A stretch of 64,000 nt of DNA from Bacteroidota bacterium (GTDB lineage: Bacteria; Bacteroidota; Ignavibacteria; Kapaibacteriales; Kapaibacteriaceae). Below the pieces are notes generated by a model that was not told where the DNA came from, did not search any database, and was given only the letters and a program-made list of their open reading frames with translations. Shown here in pieces: positions 1-9,615 of the stretch (the stretch's first letter is position 1; the number at the start of each line of letters is the position of its first letter). The translations under genes were made by a program, and so were the position numbers. Location of the stretch: positions 1,130,163-1,194,162 of the forward strand of contig JBDKEN010000002.1 of NCBI GenBank assembly GCA_039795225.1, in the 5' to 3' direction.

Positions 1-2
1 TG

Positions 3-548
3 TCGCTGTTAGAGATGTATCTGCGTCGTGAACTCGATGAGTTGCATGAGAACAACGTTCGCATTCGCACGATTGGTAAAACCAATGCACTTCCTCGGAA
101 CGTCTCAAAGGTGTTGCAGAAGGCGATCGAAAAGACCGCCTCAAATGATGGACTCACCCTGACGCTTGCGCTGAGTTATGGCTCCCGGTGGGATATTCAG
201 CGCGCCATGCAGGTGATCGCGCTCGACGTGCGCCGTGGCAAACTTTCGCCCGAAGATCTTACTGAGGAGACGATCGGTGCCTACCTTCAGACCGCATTCA
301 TGCCAGACCCCGACCTGATCATTCGGACCAGTGGAGAGATTCGCCTGAGCAATTTCCTCCTCTGGGAGGCCGCCTATGCAGAGTTGTATGTGACGGAAAC
401 TCTCTGGCCAGACTTCGATCAGCACGAGCTGTATCGAGCGCTCTCAGAATTCACCCAGCGTGAACGACGATTTGGAAAAATCTCTGCCCAACTGGCTGAG
501 AATCAAAAAACTTCGACATTGGAGCGGCTACGCAATGCTCTTAAATAG
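3..548 (+). CDS. uppS: Undecaprenyl diphosphate synthase, 5'-truncated by the window edge
   Basis: Frame 3 is open from the window edge (SLLEMYLRR...). The sequence is close to the E. coli UppS C-terminal two thirds: IRTSGEIRLSNFLLWEAAYAELYVTETLWPDF, RERRFG. Confidence 0.9.
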   Translation, partial: SLLEMYLRRELDELHENNVRIRTIGKTNALPRNVSKVLQKAIEKTASNDGLTLTLALSYGSRWDIQRAMQVIALDVRRGKLSPEDLTEETIGAYLQTAFMPDPDLIIRTSGEIRLSNFLLWEAAYAELYVTETLWPDFDQHELYRALSEFTQRERRFGKISAQLAENQKTSTLERLRNALK

Positions 549-2943
549 CCGCCTTTTCAAGGGGGCAGCCAGCATTTCCATTTGGAGCATGGTTGTCATC
601 CTCATTTTGTCAGTTTGCTGCCCGCCCCCTGCTGTGTCGCAAGGTGCCCAACAACGGTTTCCCATCATCGCGGGAATCACCGTTGAAGGCCTTACAAGTG
701 GAGTCGACGTTCAGACTGTGATTTCCTACTCCGGCCTGCGAGTCGGTCAGGAAGCCCGGCCCGACGATCTCATGACGGCCGTGAAGAATCTCTGGAATCG
801 TCGCACGTTTCGTGATGTCAAGATTGAACGGGAACGTGAGACTGCTCTTGGTGTCTTCCTCATCATCCGTGTCGAACCGATGCCACGTCTGCGTAGCATC
901 ACCATCTCCGGCAACGACGAAGTATCAATCGAGGACATCAACAAGGCCATTGATCGTCGCAATGGTGATATCATCTCGCCATACGACGAGTATCTGGTTC
1001 GGGAGGCCGTGCGAAACCTCTACGTGAAAGAGGGTCTGCTCTTTGCACGAATTGAAACAAAGCTGGTATCCGTCGATTCGTTGAATTTCCACGACCTTGA
1101 AGTTGTGATCAACGAAGGGGTGGAGTTCCACGTACGATCGATTGAGATCGATGGCAATACCAGATACACCGACAAAGAAATTGCCGGAGCATTTTCCGAA
1201 ACGAAGACAACGCAATGGTATGAATTCTGGGCCTCGTCGGCCTTTGATAACACGAAGTACCAGGAAGACAAGAAGGCCCTGGCAACATGGTTCCGTGAAC
1301 GTGGCCTGCTTGATGCCGAAATCATCAAGGACACAGTGATCTACGACGAGGCGACAGAGTCCGTTGATATCCGCCTGACGATTCGCGAAGGTGCACCTGT
1401 TTACATTCGTTCGGTCAAGTTTACTGGCAATACCATCTATCCCGAAGCGATCATGCTCGCCCGCTTGGGCGTGGAAGCTGGTGAGCTCTATAACGAAACA
1501 AAGTTCTACAAGAACCTTCAGGTTAATGAAGATCAGACGGATGTTACGTCGCTCTATGCCGACAATGGCTACCTTGCCTGCCGCATGGAGCCGGAGTTCG
1601 TGCGCGTTGGTGCCGACAGCGTTGATGTGATTGTTCGCGTTGTTGAAGGCGATCAATACACTATCCGCCGCATTGAGATTTCCGGTAATACCAAGACAAG
1701 AGATCGTGTGATCCGTCGCGAGCTCTATTTGCGACCTGGTGACTATTTCAATCGGTCAGCCTTGATTCGGAGTATTCGTGGTCTGGGGATGCTCAATTTC
1801 TTCAACCCCGAGGCACTGAAGCCTAACATTCAACCAGTAGACAAAACCAAGGTTGATGTTGTGTTGAAGGTTGAGGAGCGCTCAACCGACACGTTTAACG
1901 CTTCGGTTGGTTTTGCTGGTGCCTTCGGTTTGACGGGAAGCGTGGGTATCACGCTGAACAACTTCGACATTAGTGAGCCGTTTTCGGCCGGGGCTGGTCA
2001 GGTGCTTGGATTCCAGTGGGAGTTCGGTCAGGCTTCCCGACTGCAGACCTTTCAACTGTCGTTTACTGAGCCCTGGCTGTTTGGTCAACCGACATCGGTA
2101 GGTTTTAACATCTTCGATACGCAGCAGAATTTCAACTTCGTCATGCGTCGAACAGGTGGTCAGATCAACCTAGGCCGACGTTTCCGCTGGCCGGATGACT
2201 ATTTCCGTGGTGACTGGAGCGTTGCATTCGAACGGATCGTATCGAACACGAGCACCTTTTTCTCGCGGGCTGGAACGCAAACAGCGCTGACGATCTCCCA
2301 GACGATCTCGCGCATGAGTTTCGACAATATCATCTTCCCAACGGCAGGCTCGCGATTTACACTTTCGACCCGTGCAACGGCCGGTGCTCTTGGTATCGGA
2401 TCGACCGACTTCGGCAAGGTGGGGATGAACTTTGATATGGTGAATCCGCTGCTCAGCATCGGTGGAAACGCTCGTCTTGTGCTCTTTCTTGGTTCAGAGT
2501 TGGGATATGTCGATGGCTTCCGCGTCGATACAACGATCCCGCCAGGAGAGTTGTTCTACATGGGTGGTAACGGCCTTGGTGGTTTTGCCGTAACGCCCCT
2601 TCGCGGATACCGTGACAACTCATTCGCGCCAGTGGCTCCCGACGGCCGACGTCTTCCTGCGGGTGGACGGGTTCAGGCTAGGTTCGTAACGGAATTGCGC
2701 TTTGCTCTGACGCTCAATCCCTTCCCAATCTATTTGCTTAGTTTCGCAGAAGCGGGCAACGTCTGGTCAAGCTTGCGAACGGCCGATCCATTCGGGTTGA
2801 AACGTTCTGCCGGCTTTGGTCTGCGAATGCTTCTCCAACCGATCGGTCTGCTTGGTTTTGACGTGGGATATGGTTTCGATGACGACCCAACGAGTCCAGG
2901 TACACGGTCGGGGTGGCAGTTTCACTTCCAGTTTGGCCGCTAG
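535..2943 (+). CDS. bamA: Outer membrane protein assembly factor BamA (Omp85 family)
   Basis: Hydrophobic signal, POTRA-like repeats, then a C-terminal barrel ending WQFHFQFGR. It sits between uppS and skp/lpxD, the classical order. The ORF opens at 460. I prefer the ATG at 535 (MLLNSRLFKG) because it directly precedes the signal sequence. Confidence 0.9.
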   Translation: MLLNSRLFKGAASISIWSMVVILILSVCCPPPAVSQGAQQRFPIIAGITVEGLTSGVDVQTVISYSGLRVGQEARPDDLMTAVKNLWNRRTFRDVKIERERETALGVFLIIRVEPMPRLRSITISGNDEVSIEDINKAIDRRNGDIISPYDEYLVREAVRNLYVKEGLLFARIETKLVSVDSLNFHDLEVVINEGVEFHVRSIEIDGNTRYTDKEIAGAFSETKTTQWYEFWASSAFDNTKYQEDKKALATWFRERGLLDAEIIKDTVIYDEATESVDIRLTIREGAPVYIRSVKFTGNTIYPEAIMLARLGVEAGELYNETKFYKNLQVNEDQTDVTSLYADNGYLACRMEPEFVRVGADSVDVIVRVVEGDQYTIRRIEISGNTKTRDRVIRRELYLRPGDYFNRSALIRSIRGLGMLNFFNPEALKPNIQPVDKTKVDVVLKVEERSTDTFNASVGFAGAFGLTGSVGITLNNFDISEPFSAGAGQVLGFQWEFGQASRLQTFQLSFTEPWLFGQPTSVGFNIFDTQQNFNFVMRRTGGQINLGRRFRWPDDYFRGDWSVAFERIVSNTSTFFSRAGTQTALTISQTISRMSFDNIIFPTAGSRFTLSTRATAGALGIGSTDFGKVGMNFDMVNPLLSIGGNARLVLFLGSELGYVDGFRVDTTIPPGELFYMGGNGLGGFAVTPLRGYRDNSFAPVAPDGRRLPAGGRVQARFVTELRFALTLNPFPIYLLSFAEAGNVWSSLRTADPFGLKRSAGFGLRMLLQPIGLLGFDVGYGFDDDPTSPGTRSGWQFHFQFGR

Positions 2944-2966
2944 TTCTTGTTTCACACATCACATCT

Positions 2967-3500
2967 ATGGATATCGCTCTCATGAACATTCGCCTGTGCG
3001 TGGTTCTTGCCGTTCTTGCTTTTGCCACACCGCTGTGTGCTCAGTCGTTTAAGGTTGGCGTTGTAAACGCCGATGTCATCCTCAAGGAACTGCCCGATGC
3101 CATCAAGGCCGGAAAGTCGATTGAAGATGCTGGCCTGAAGATTCGTGATACGCTGCAAATGATGCAGAAGGACTTCGAATCGCGCATTGAAAACTATCGC
3201 AAGCAGGAAGCCATGATGACGGCTGATGCAAAGCGGAAAGAAGAAGAATCCCTTGCAGCTCTGCGTCAGCGGTTCCTGCAGTACCAAGAAGAGAAGCTTG
3301 GTCAGACAGGGGAAATCGCCCGGATGCGCGAGGAGCTGCTCCAGCCAATTCGCGCCAAGGTCAGCGAAGCGATAAACGCAGTTGCCAAGGAAGAAAAGCT
3401 CAATCTTGTGCTGGATAAGGTTGGTGGCATAGTTCTTTACAGCGAAGACAAAGCCGACATCACCTACAAGGTTCTCGATCGCATGAAGCGGGGCAACTAA
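2967..3500 (+). CDS. skp: OmpH/Skp-family periplasmic chaperone
   Basis: Signal peptide (MDIALMNIRLCVVLAVLAFATPLCAQ) followed by a charged coiled-coil body of about 170 aa, directly after bamA. The ORF opens at 2913 and the internal ATG at 2967 is chosen. Confidence 0.8.
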   Translation: MDIALMNIRLCVVLAVLAFATPLCAQSFKVGVVNADVILKELPDAIKAGKSIEDAGLKIRDTLQMMQKDFESRIENYRKQEAMMTADAKRKEEESLAALRQRFLQYQEEKLGQTGEIARMREELLQPIRAKVSEAINAVAKEEKLNLVLDKVGGIVLYSEDKADITYKVLDRMKRGN

Positions 3501-3578
3501 AAGCACCGCACGAACATTTCCTACACCACTTCTGCCAATGATCCGTTGATCCATTCGTAATTCGGAGAGCACAGCCAT

Positions 3579-4424
3579 ATGACGAAGTGGATCATCGCAT
3601 CCTTCCTTGCAGTACTTCTTTGCTGGCCAGCTGTGGTTCATGCACAGAAGATTGGGTACGTATCAACGGATTTCATTCGTTCGCAGTATGAGTCGGCCCG
3701 GCTCGCAGAGGAGCGACTTAGCGCCTACGTCGATGAGTGGAAGGCTGACATGGCGCAACGCCAGCGCGACATCGACGAGCTTGAGCTCGAGATCAAGAAG
3801 AATCGTCTCATCTGGAGCGATCAAGAACGGCAGCTGAAGGAGAAAGAAATCGACGACAAACGTCGCGAACGCGATCAGTTTGCCCGGATGAAGTTTGAGC
3901 CAGGGGGCGAGTACGACCAGAATGCCGAGCAGCTGATGCAGGCCGTGTGGAAGAAGATCTACACAGCCATTCAGAAAGTTGCTGCTACGGATGGGTATGA
4001 TATCGTTTGGGACAAAAGCGTTCAGCCCCTTGTCTATGTCAATGCCAAGTATGACATCACCGCAAAGGTGATGAAAGAGCTCGGCATTGATGCGAGCGAC
4101 CTCGAGTCGAAACAGAAAGAGGCCATTGAGGGAGATCCGCGGAATAAGCGCATTGAGGAGCCGAGGAAGCGGAAGTCTCGCAAGAGCACAACTGCGCCAG
4201 AGTCAACGCCAAGTTCAGCGCCAAGTTCAGCGCCGGCCTCCAATTCTTCCACAGAACCGCCGCCCCCTTCTGGAATGCCAGAATCAACAACGACACCGGT
4301 ATTGATGCCTGACGGAACCATGCCCAATGGACTGCCACCAACTGGTCAAGTGCCCGGTGGAGGTCCAGTTCGGAACTACCCTCCACCATCGGATACAACG
4401 AAGAAGCCAGGTGGTGGTTGGTGA
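3579..4424 (+). CDS. Second OmpH/Skp-like chaperone with a C-terminal Pro/Ser/Thr-rich tail
   Basis: Signal peptide MTKWIIASFLAVLLCWPAVVHAQ and a Skp-like coiled-coil core. The last ~90 aa are low complexity (STAPESTPSSAPSSAPASNSSTEPPPPSGMP...). Confidence 0.75.
   Translation: MTKWIIASFLAVLLCWPAVVHAQKIGYVSTDFIRSQYESARLAEERLSAYVDEWKADMAQRQRDIDELELEIKKNRLIWSDQERQLKEKEIDDKRRERDQFARMKFEPGGEYDQNAEQLMQAVWKKIYTAIQKVAATDGYDIVWDKSVQPLVYVNAKYDITAKVMKELGIDASDLESKQKEAIEGDPRNKRIEEPRKRKSRKSTTAPESTPSSAPSSAPASNSSTEPPPPSGMPESTTTPVLMPDGTMPNGLPPTGQVPGGGPVRNYPPPSDTTKKPGGGW
4208..4231 (+). repeat. Perfect 2 x 12-nt tandem duplication (gccaagttcagc) inside the Skp-like tail
   Basis: Read directly from the sequence. 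It encodes the SSAPSSAP stretch. Confidence 0.9.
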
Positions 4425-5476
4425 GTCATCCTATTCATATGACCGTTGGTGAGATCGCCCAAGTGCTCGGTCGGAGTGTTTCGGGCGATTCCTCTGTCGT
4501 GATCAATGGGTTTAATGCAATCGATCAAGCAGAAGCGGGGGAGCTCACATTCCTAGGCTCCGACACCTTCGCAAAGTACCTCGCAACAACACGAGCTTCC
4601 TGTGTGATAGTGCGTGAAGCTGACCAGACACGCGTGGCCTCGCCAGCATGGATTGTGAGTCCGTCTCCGTATGCGGATATGATGGTGCTGATGCAAATGA
4701 TCACTCCTCGTGCGGCACTCGAATCAGGCCGTCGCGATGCCTCCGCACACATCGATGATAATGCACTTGTCGACGCTTCGGCCGCGATCGGTCCTGGCTG
4801 TGTTGTCAGTGCAGGGTGTCGAATTGGACCGAACTCCCAACTGCTTGCGAACGTTGTGCTGTATCCGAACGTTGCAATTGGCGCTGACAGTGTAGTCCAT
4901 GCCAATGTGACCATATACGGCGGTACAGAGATTGGAAACCGATGCACGATCCACGCCGGAACAGTTATTGGGTCAGACGGGTTTGGATATCGTGAGCAGG
5001 CTGATAAGCGTTTTGAGAAGATCCCACATGTTGGCACGGTGTGCATTGGAAATGATGTGGAGATTGGAGCCAACGTGGCTATTGACCGAGCAGCGATGGG
5101 GCGTACTGTGATCGAAGATGGTGTGAAGATTGACAATCTGGTGCAGATCGCACACGGCGTGCGCATTGGCGAGCACACTGCGATTGCGGCCCACGTAGCG
5201 GTAGCGGGAGGCACAACCTTGGGTCGGCGTAATCGGCTGGCAGGACAATCTGGGGTGGTCGGGCACATTGAAACCGCAGACGACGTTGTGGTATACGCTC
5301 AGGCAGGTGTTGCCAAATCCATCACGAAACCAGGTGCCTACTTCGGATCCCCAGCCAAAGAACATGGCCTTGCTCTGCGGATGGAGATGGCGCTGCGTCA
5401 GTTGCCGGACCTGCTCCACCAAGTGCGCACGCTGTCACGTGAGATTGAAGTATTGAAAGAGGAACGTCAGAAATGA
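4418..5476 (+). CDS. lpxD: UDP-3-O-acylglucosamine N-acyltransferase
   Basis: Left-handed beta-helix hexapeptide repeats, IGxDGFGY motif (VIGSDGFGY), and position between skp and lpxC/fabZ. The TTG at 4418 overlaps the upstream stop. GTG 4421 or ATG 4439 are alternative starts. Confidence 0.9.
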   Translation: MVSHPIHMTVGEIAQVLGRSVSGDSSVVINGFNAIDQAEAGELTFLGSDTFAKYLATTRASCVIVREADQTRVASPAWIVSPSPYADMMVLMQMITPRAALESGRRDASAHIDDNALVDASAAIGPGCVVSAGCRIGPNSQLLANVVLYPNVAIGADSVVHANVTIYGGTEIGNRCTIHAGTVIGSDGFGYREQADKRFEKIPHVGTVCIGNDVEIGANVAIDRAAMGRTVIEDGVKIDNLVQIAHGVRIGEHTAIAAHVAVAGGTTLGRRNRLAGQSGVVGHIETADDVVVYAQAGVAKSITKPGAYFGSPAKEHGLALRMEMALRQLPDLLHQVRTLSREIEVLKEERQK

Positions 5477-6879
5477 GTTTGAAACAACGTACACTAGCTG
5501 AATCGGTTTCGATGTCGGGCGTAGGTCTACACACTGGTAGTTTAACGACGATGACCTTTCAACCGGCTGCTGAAAACACTGGATATGTGTTTCGCCGGGT
5601 TGATCTTCCTGGAAGTCCAGAAATCCCGGCACTTGTTGACAACGTGGTTGAGATCGCCCGTGGAACGACGATTGCCGTTGGCGAGGCACGTGTCCACACG
5701 GTGGAGCATGTGCTCGCTGCTCTGGTGGGAATGGGCGTTGATAACTGTTTGATCGACCTCACAAATAACGAGCCACCAGTTGGGGATGGCTCGTCGTTGC
5801 CATATGTCGAGATGATCAAAAAGGTTGGCACAGTTGAGCAGCAAGCAACGCGCCACGAGATTGTTCTCGACCAGCCGATACGCTATGTCGATGAAGCACG
5901 TGGCACCGAGATTGCCGCTTTGCCCAATGACACCTATCGCGTTACCGTGATGGTTGACTACAAGAATCCAGCGCTTGGAAGTCAGCACACAGGACTCTTT
6001 GATCTTGATAACGAGTTTGAAACTGAGTTCGCTCCTGCTCGTACGTTCTGCTTCCTACATGAAGTGGAAGCACTCTACAAGCAAGGACTCATCCAAGGGG
6101 GCAACCTCGATAATGCAATCGTGATTGTTGACAAGGAAATGTCGGACCAGGAGTTGCGCGCAACCTTAACATCCATGGGTGTAACCGGCAATGCGGTTCT
6201 GGGCACGAACGGAATTCTTAATAATAACCAGCTTCGATTCCCGAATGAGCCCGCGCGGCATAAACTGCTCGATATGGTGGGGGATCTTGCACTCATCGGT
6301 GCCCGCCTTCGTGCGCAGGTATTGGCTGCGAGACCGGGCCATGCGAGTAACATTGAGTTCGCTCGCAAGGTTCGTCGGCAGTATCAGAACAATCAGCACG
6401 TCAAGCGATACTACCCGTCGACAATGGAGACGGTGTTCGATATCAACAAGATCTTGTCAATGCTACCGCATCGGTATCCATTTCTCATGGTTGATAAGAT
6501 TATTGAGTATTCGCCAGACCAGAATCGAATCGTTGGTGTGAAGAATATCACGTTCAACGAGCCTGAGTTTATGGGGCACTTCCCCAATCGCCCAATATTC
6601 CCAGGTGTACTCATCATGGAAGCGATGGCCCAGACCGGATGTATGCTCCTTATCTCAAAGGGTATTGACCCTGAGAAGAAGCTCGTGGTCTTCACAGGTA
6701 TGAACAACGTTAAGTTCCGCAAGGAGGTCATCCCAGGTGATCAATTGGTGATGGATCTCGAGATGACACGTTTCCGATTTAACATTTGCCAGCTCGTTGG
6801 CAAAGCCTATGTCAACGGCCAATTGGCGGCTGAGGCCGAACTGCAGGCTGCTGTTGTTGACCGTGAGGTGAAAGCATGA
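5473..6879 (+). CDS. lpxC/fabZ: Bifunctional UDP-3-O-acyl-GlcNAc deacetylase / 3-hydroxyacyl-ACP dehydratase (LpxC-FabZ fusion)
   Basis: The N-terminal half is LpxC-like (GVGLHTG, HTVEHVLAAL, PGHASNIEF). The C-terminal ~145 aa is FabZ-like (LPHRYPFLMVDKI, GHFPNRPIFPGVLIMEAMAQ). The start forms an ATGA overlap with the lpxD stop. Confidence 0.93.
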   Translation: MSLKQRTLAESVSMSGVGLHTGSLTTMTFQPAAENTGYVFRRVDLPGSPEIPALVDNVVEIARGTTIAVGEARVHTVEHVLAALVGMGVDNCLIDLTNNEPPVGDGSSLPYVEMIKKVGTVEQQATRHEIVLDQPIRYVDEARGTEIAALPNDTYRVTVMVDYKNPALGSQHTGLFDLDNEFETEFAPARTFCFLHEVEALYKQGLIQGGNLDNAIVIVDKEMSDQELRATLTSMGVTGNAVLGTNGILNNNQLRFPNEPARHKLLDMVGDLALIGARLRAQVLAARPGHASNIEFARKVRRQYQNNQHVKRYYPSTMETVFDINKILSMLPHRYPFLMVDKIIEYSPDQNRIVGVKNITFNEPEFMGHFPNRPIFPGVLIMEAMAQTGCMLLISKGIDPEKKLVVFTGMNNVKFRKEVIPGDQLVMDLEMTRFRFNICQLVGKAYVNGQLAAEAELQAAVVDREVKA

Positions 6880-7658
6880 GTGCCCCTGTAATCCATCCTA
6901 CGGCAATTGTTTCCACGCATGCTACGCTCGGTGCTGGTGTCTCGATCGGCCCGTTTTGTGTTGTCGAAGATGATGTGGTGATTGGCGATAGAACGACGCT
7001 TATGAGCCATGTTGTCGTGGCCAATGGTGCACGCATCGGCAGTGATGTGCGAATCCATCCGCAGGCCGTGATTTCAACTGCACCACAAGACCTTAAATAC
7101 AACAACGAGCCCACGTTGGCCATCGTTGGTGATCGCACAGTGATCCGTGAAGGTGTGACGATTAATCGTGGAACAACATTCAGCGGTAAGGCCGAGGTTG
7201 GTAGCGACTGTCTGTTGATGGCGTATGTGCATGTCGCGCATGACTGTAGCGTTGGCAATCACGTCATCATGGCAAACGGTGTTCAGCTGGGTGGTCACGT
7301 CGAAGTCGGCGATTGGGCTATTCTTGGCGGACTCACTGGCGTACATCAGTTCTGCCGAATCGGTTCTCACAGTATGGTTGGTGCGTGTTCACGTGTTGTA
7401 AAGGACATTCCGCCGTATACCCTCAGTGGTAAAGAGCCCCTTTCTGTTGAAGGTATCAATGCCGTGGGGCTGCGCAGACGCGGGTTCTCGGCTGAGTCAG
7501 TTCGAGCGATAGATGAATTCTATACAGTATTGCTCCGCAGTGGATTGAATACGAGTGACGGTATTCGGGCGTACGAGCAGAAATATCAGGTCATTGATCC
7601 CGAGGTTGAAAAGTGTATCGCATTTATTCGGTCCTCGAAGCGTGGTATCTATCGGTAG
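6876..7658 (+). CDS. lpxA: Acyl-ACP--UDP-GlcNAc O-acyltransferase
   Basis: Hexapeptide-repeat beta-helix followed by a helical C-terminal domain, 260 aa. ATGA overlap with lpxC/fabZ. Confidence 0.9.
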   Translation: MSAPVIHPTAIVSTHATLGAGVSIGPFCVVEDDVVIGDRTTLMSHVVVANGARIGSDVRIHPQAVISTAPQDLKYNNEPTLAIVGDRTVIREGVTINRGTTFSGKAEVGSDCLLMAYVHVAHDCSVGNHVIMANGVQLGGHVEVGDWAILGGLTGVHQFCRIGSHSMVGACSRVVKDIPPYTLSGKEPLSVEGINAVGLRRRGFSAESVRAIDEFYTVLLRSGLNTSDGIRAYEQKYQVIDPEVEKCIAFIRSSKRGIYR

Positions 7659-8446
7659 CATTTGCTCTGTGTCTGCTTGTATCAACTGCGGTACAGGCAC
7701 AAACGCCACTGCAACTCCAAACATTGTCGGCAGATCCCTTCCCGCAGCCGATTGCAAATCCGTTCGAGGGTCGAATCCAAGTCTTTGCTAGTCCAGATGC
7801 TGGGGCAATGCGCTTTGATATTGGGGCCTCACCGGCCATGGTGTCTGTAGATTCAACGCTCCAAGTCCGAGCAGATTTCTTCACACTGTCGAAGATGCGC
7901 TCGGAGGAAGCCATGAAGTTTCCTGTAGAAACGATTGATTACTGGTTTGGTCTCTCGTTGGCATGGGCACCGCCGGAGCTTCCAACGTCTTTCCGCCTTC
8001 GTCTTGCTCATGTATCGGCGCACATCGTCGATGGAATGCGCTTGTCCTATGCCGCCGACTCGACACCTCCGATTTATAGCCGCGAGTTTGCAGAGGCGTT
8101 AACATCGCTTCGATTCAATGACGTTCGACTCTATGGTGGTGTGACGTTCATCTGGTCGAAGCACAACCCCGAGTTCTCATCGTGGATTCCGCAACTTGGT
8201 GTGGAATATGCAAAGGCTATTTCGGAGCAGCTCACCCTGAATGCAGCCTATGATGGAAAACTCGTTGGGTATCGTTCGGTCATGCTGCCGCAGCATTGTG
8301 CCCAGCTCGGGGTCGTCTACCGGCATCGCACCAATGTGGAAGGGGGCTTGATACTCTACCGCTACGATGGACGGAGCATTCATGGAATGCTCGCACAATC
8401 ACAAGATCATTACTGGGCCATCGGAGTTCGCCTTGGGATGCCCTGA
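7613..8446 (+). CDS. Hypothetical secreted/outer-membrane protein (possibly DUF1207-like)
   Basis: N-terminal signal (LSVAFALCLLVSTAVQAQ) and beta-rich alternating pattern. The motifs PFPQPIANPFEGR and RLAHVSAHIVDG resemble DUF1207 as I recall it. The start is uncertain: the ORF overlaps lpxA by 46 nt. Confidence 0.55.
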   Translation: MYRIYSVLEAWYLSVAFALCLLVSTAVQAQTPLQLQTLSADPFPQPIANPFEGRIQVFASPDAGAMRFDIGASPAMVSVDSTLQVRADFFTLSKMRSEEAMKFPVETIDYWFGLSLAWAPPELPTSFRLRLAHVSAHIVDGMRLSYAADSTPPIYSREFAEALTSLRFNDVRLYGGVTFIWSKHNPEFSSWIPQLGVEYAKAISEQLTLNAAYDGKLVGYRSVMLPQHCAQLGVVYRHRTNVEGGLILYRYDGRSIHGMLAQSQDHYWAIGVRLGMP

Positions 8447-8512
8447 TTGGCCCACGAACTCGCTATTTTCGCCCCCTGACTTCTCTTCACAACCGCTGAA
8501 AGATCAATCTCC

Positions 8513-9607
8513 ATGGGAATTGCTTGTGGAATCGTTGGCCTGCCCAACGTCGGAAAATCCACCCTCTTCAATGCTCTTACCTCGAACGAGGCAGAAGCTG
8601 CGAATTACCCCTTCTGTACGATTGATCCGAATGTCGGTATCGTCAACGTGCCAGACCCTCGCCTAAAACTCCTATCTGAGCGTTATCAGACCGAGCGAGA
8701 GGTGCCAACGACGGTGGAGTTTGTCGACATCGCTGGGTTGGTAAAGGGGGCCTCGAAGGGAGAGGGTTTGGGTAATCAGTTCCTGGCGAACATTCGACAG
8801 TGTGATGCCGTTGCACACGTTGTGCGCTGCTTCGAGGATGAGAATGTCGTTCACGTTCATGGCGGTGTTGATCCACTTCATGACATCGACATCATCGAGA
8901 CGGAGCTGATCCTCAAGGACGTCGAATCTGTTGATAAGCGCATGGAATCTGTCAATAAGAAGGTTCGTGCCAACGACAAAGACGCGAAAGAAGAATACGA
9001 GTTCCTCGGTATTCTCCGTGCGCACCTCGATGGAGGAAAGCCTGCTCGGAGCTTCCCAGCTGATGACAAGCAGAAGGCGTTTATCCGACCATTACAGCTG
9101 CTCACGGACAAGCCGGTGATGTACGTGGCAAACACCGATGAAAACGGTGTAAAGAACGGCAACCAATATCTCGATGCCGTGCAACGACGAGCAGAAGCCG
9201 AAGGTGCCATCATGGTCCCGATTTGTGCAAAGATTGAGTCGGAAATTGCGTTGCTCGACGATGATGATCGCGCCTTATTCCTGGCCGATCTCGGCATGGA
9301 AGAGCCAGGACTTGACCGGGTCATCCGGGAGGCATATCGACTTCTGGGATTGATTACGTTTCTCACAGCAGGTAAAAAGGAATGTCGCGCATGGACGGTC
9401 CGTCAGGGAAGTACAGCGCCACAAGCTGCCGGTGTGATTCATACTGACTTCGAGCGAGGCTTCATTCGTGCTGAGGTGATGTCGTATGCCGACTGGGTCA
9501 AGCACGGTAGTGAGCAAGCGGTGAAGGATGCAGGACTCTATCGAATTGAGGGGAAAGACTACATCGTCAAGGACGGCGATGTGATGTATTTCCGCTTTAA
9601 CGTGTAA
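8513..9607 (+). CDS. ychF: Ribosome-binding ATPase YchF
   Basis: P-loop GIVGLPNVGKSTLFNALT, CTIDPNVG, and a TGS-like C-terminus (VMYFRFNV). 364 aa. Confidence 0.95.
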   Translation: MGIACGIVGLPNVGKSTLFNALTSNEAEAANYPFCTIDPNVGIVNVPDPRLKLLSERYQTEREVPTTVEFVDIAGLVKGASKGEGLGNQFLANIRQCDAVAHVVRCFEDENVVHVHGGVDPLHDIDIIETELILKDVESVDKRMESVNKKVRANDKDAKEEYEFLGILRAHLDGGKPARSFPADDKQKAFIRPLQLLTDKPVMYVANTDENGVKNGNQYLDAVQRRAEAEGAIMVPICAKIESEIALLDDDDRALFLADLGMEEPGLDRVIREAYRLLGLITFLTAGKKECRAWTVRQGSTAPQAAGVIHTDFERGFIRAEVMSYADWVKHGSEQAVKDAGLYRIEGKDYIVKDGDVMYFRFNV

Positions 9608-9615
9608 GGGCCCCT

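Noticed and set aside
925-1656. 243-aa minus-strand ORF.
   Set aside because: It is antisense to the clearly conserved bamA POTRA region and has no recognisable motifs.
2952-3641. 229-aa minus-strand ORF.
   Set aside because: It is antisense to skp and spans the skp/skp2 intergenic region. The plus-strand genes have signal peptides and family features, and this ORF does not.
4525-5268. 247-aa minus-strand ORF.
   Set aside because: It is antisense to the lpxD hexapeptide-repeat region. Repetitive beta-helix genes commonly produce long antisense frames.
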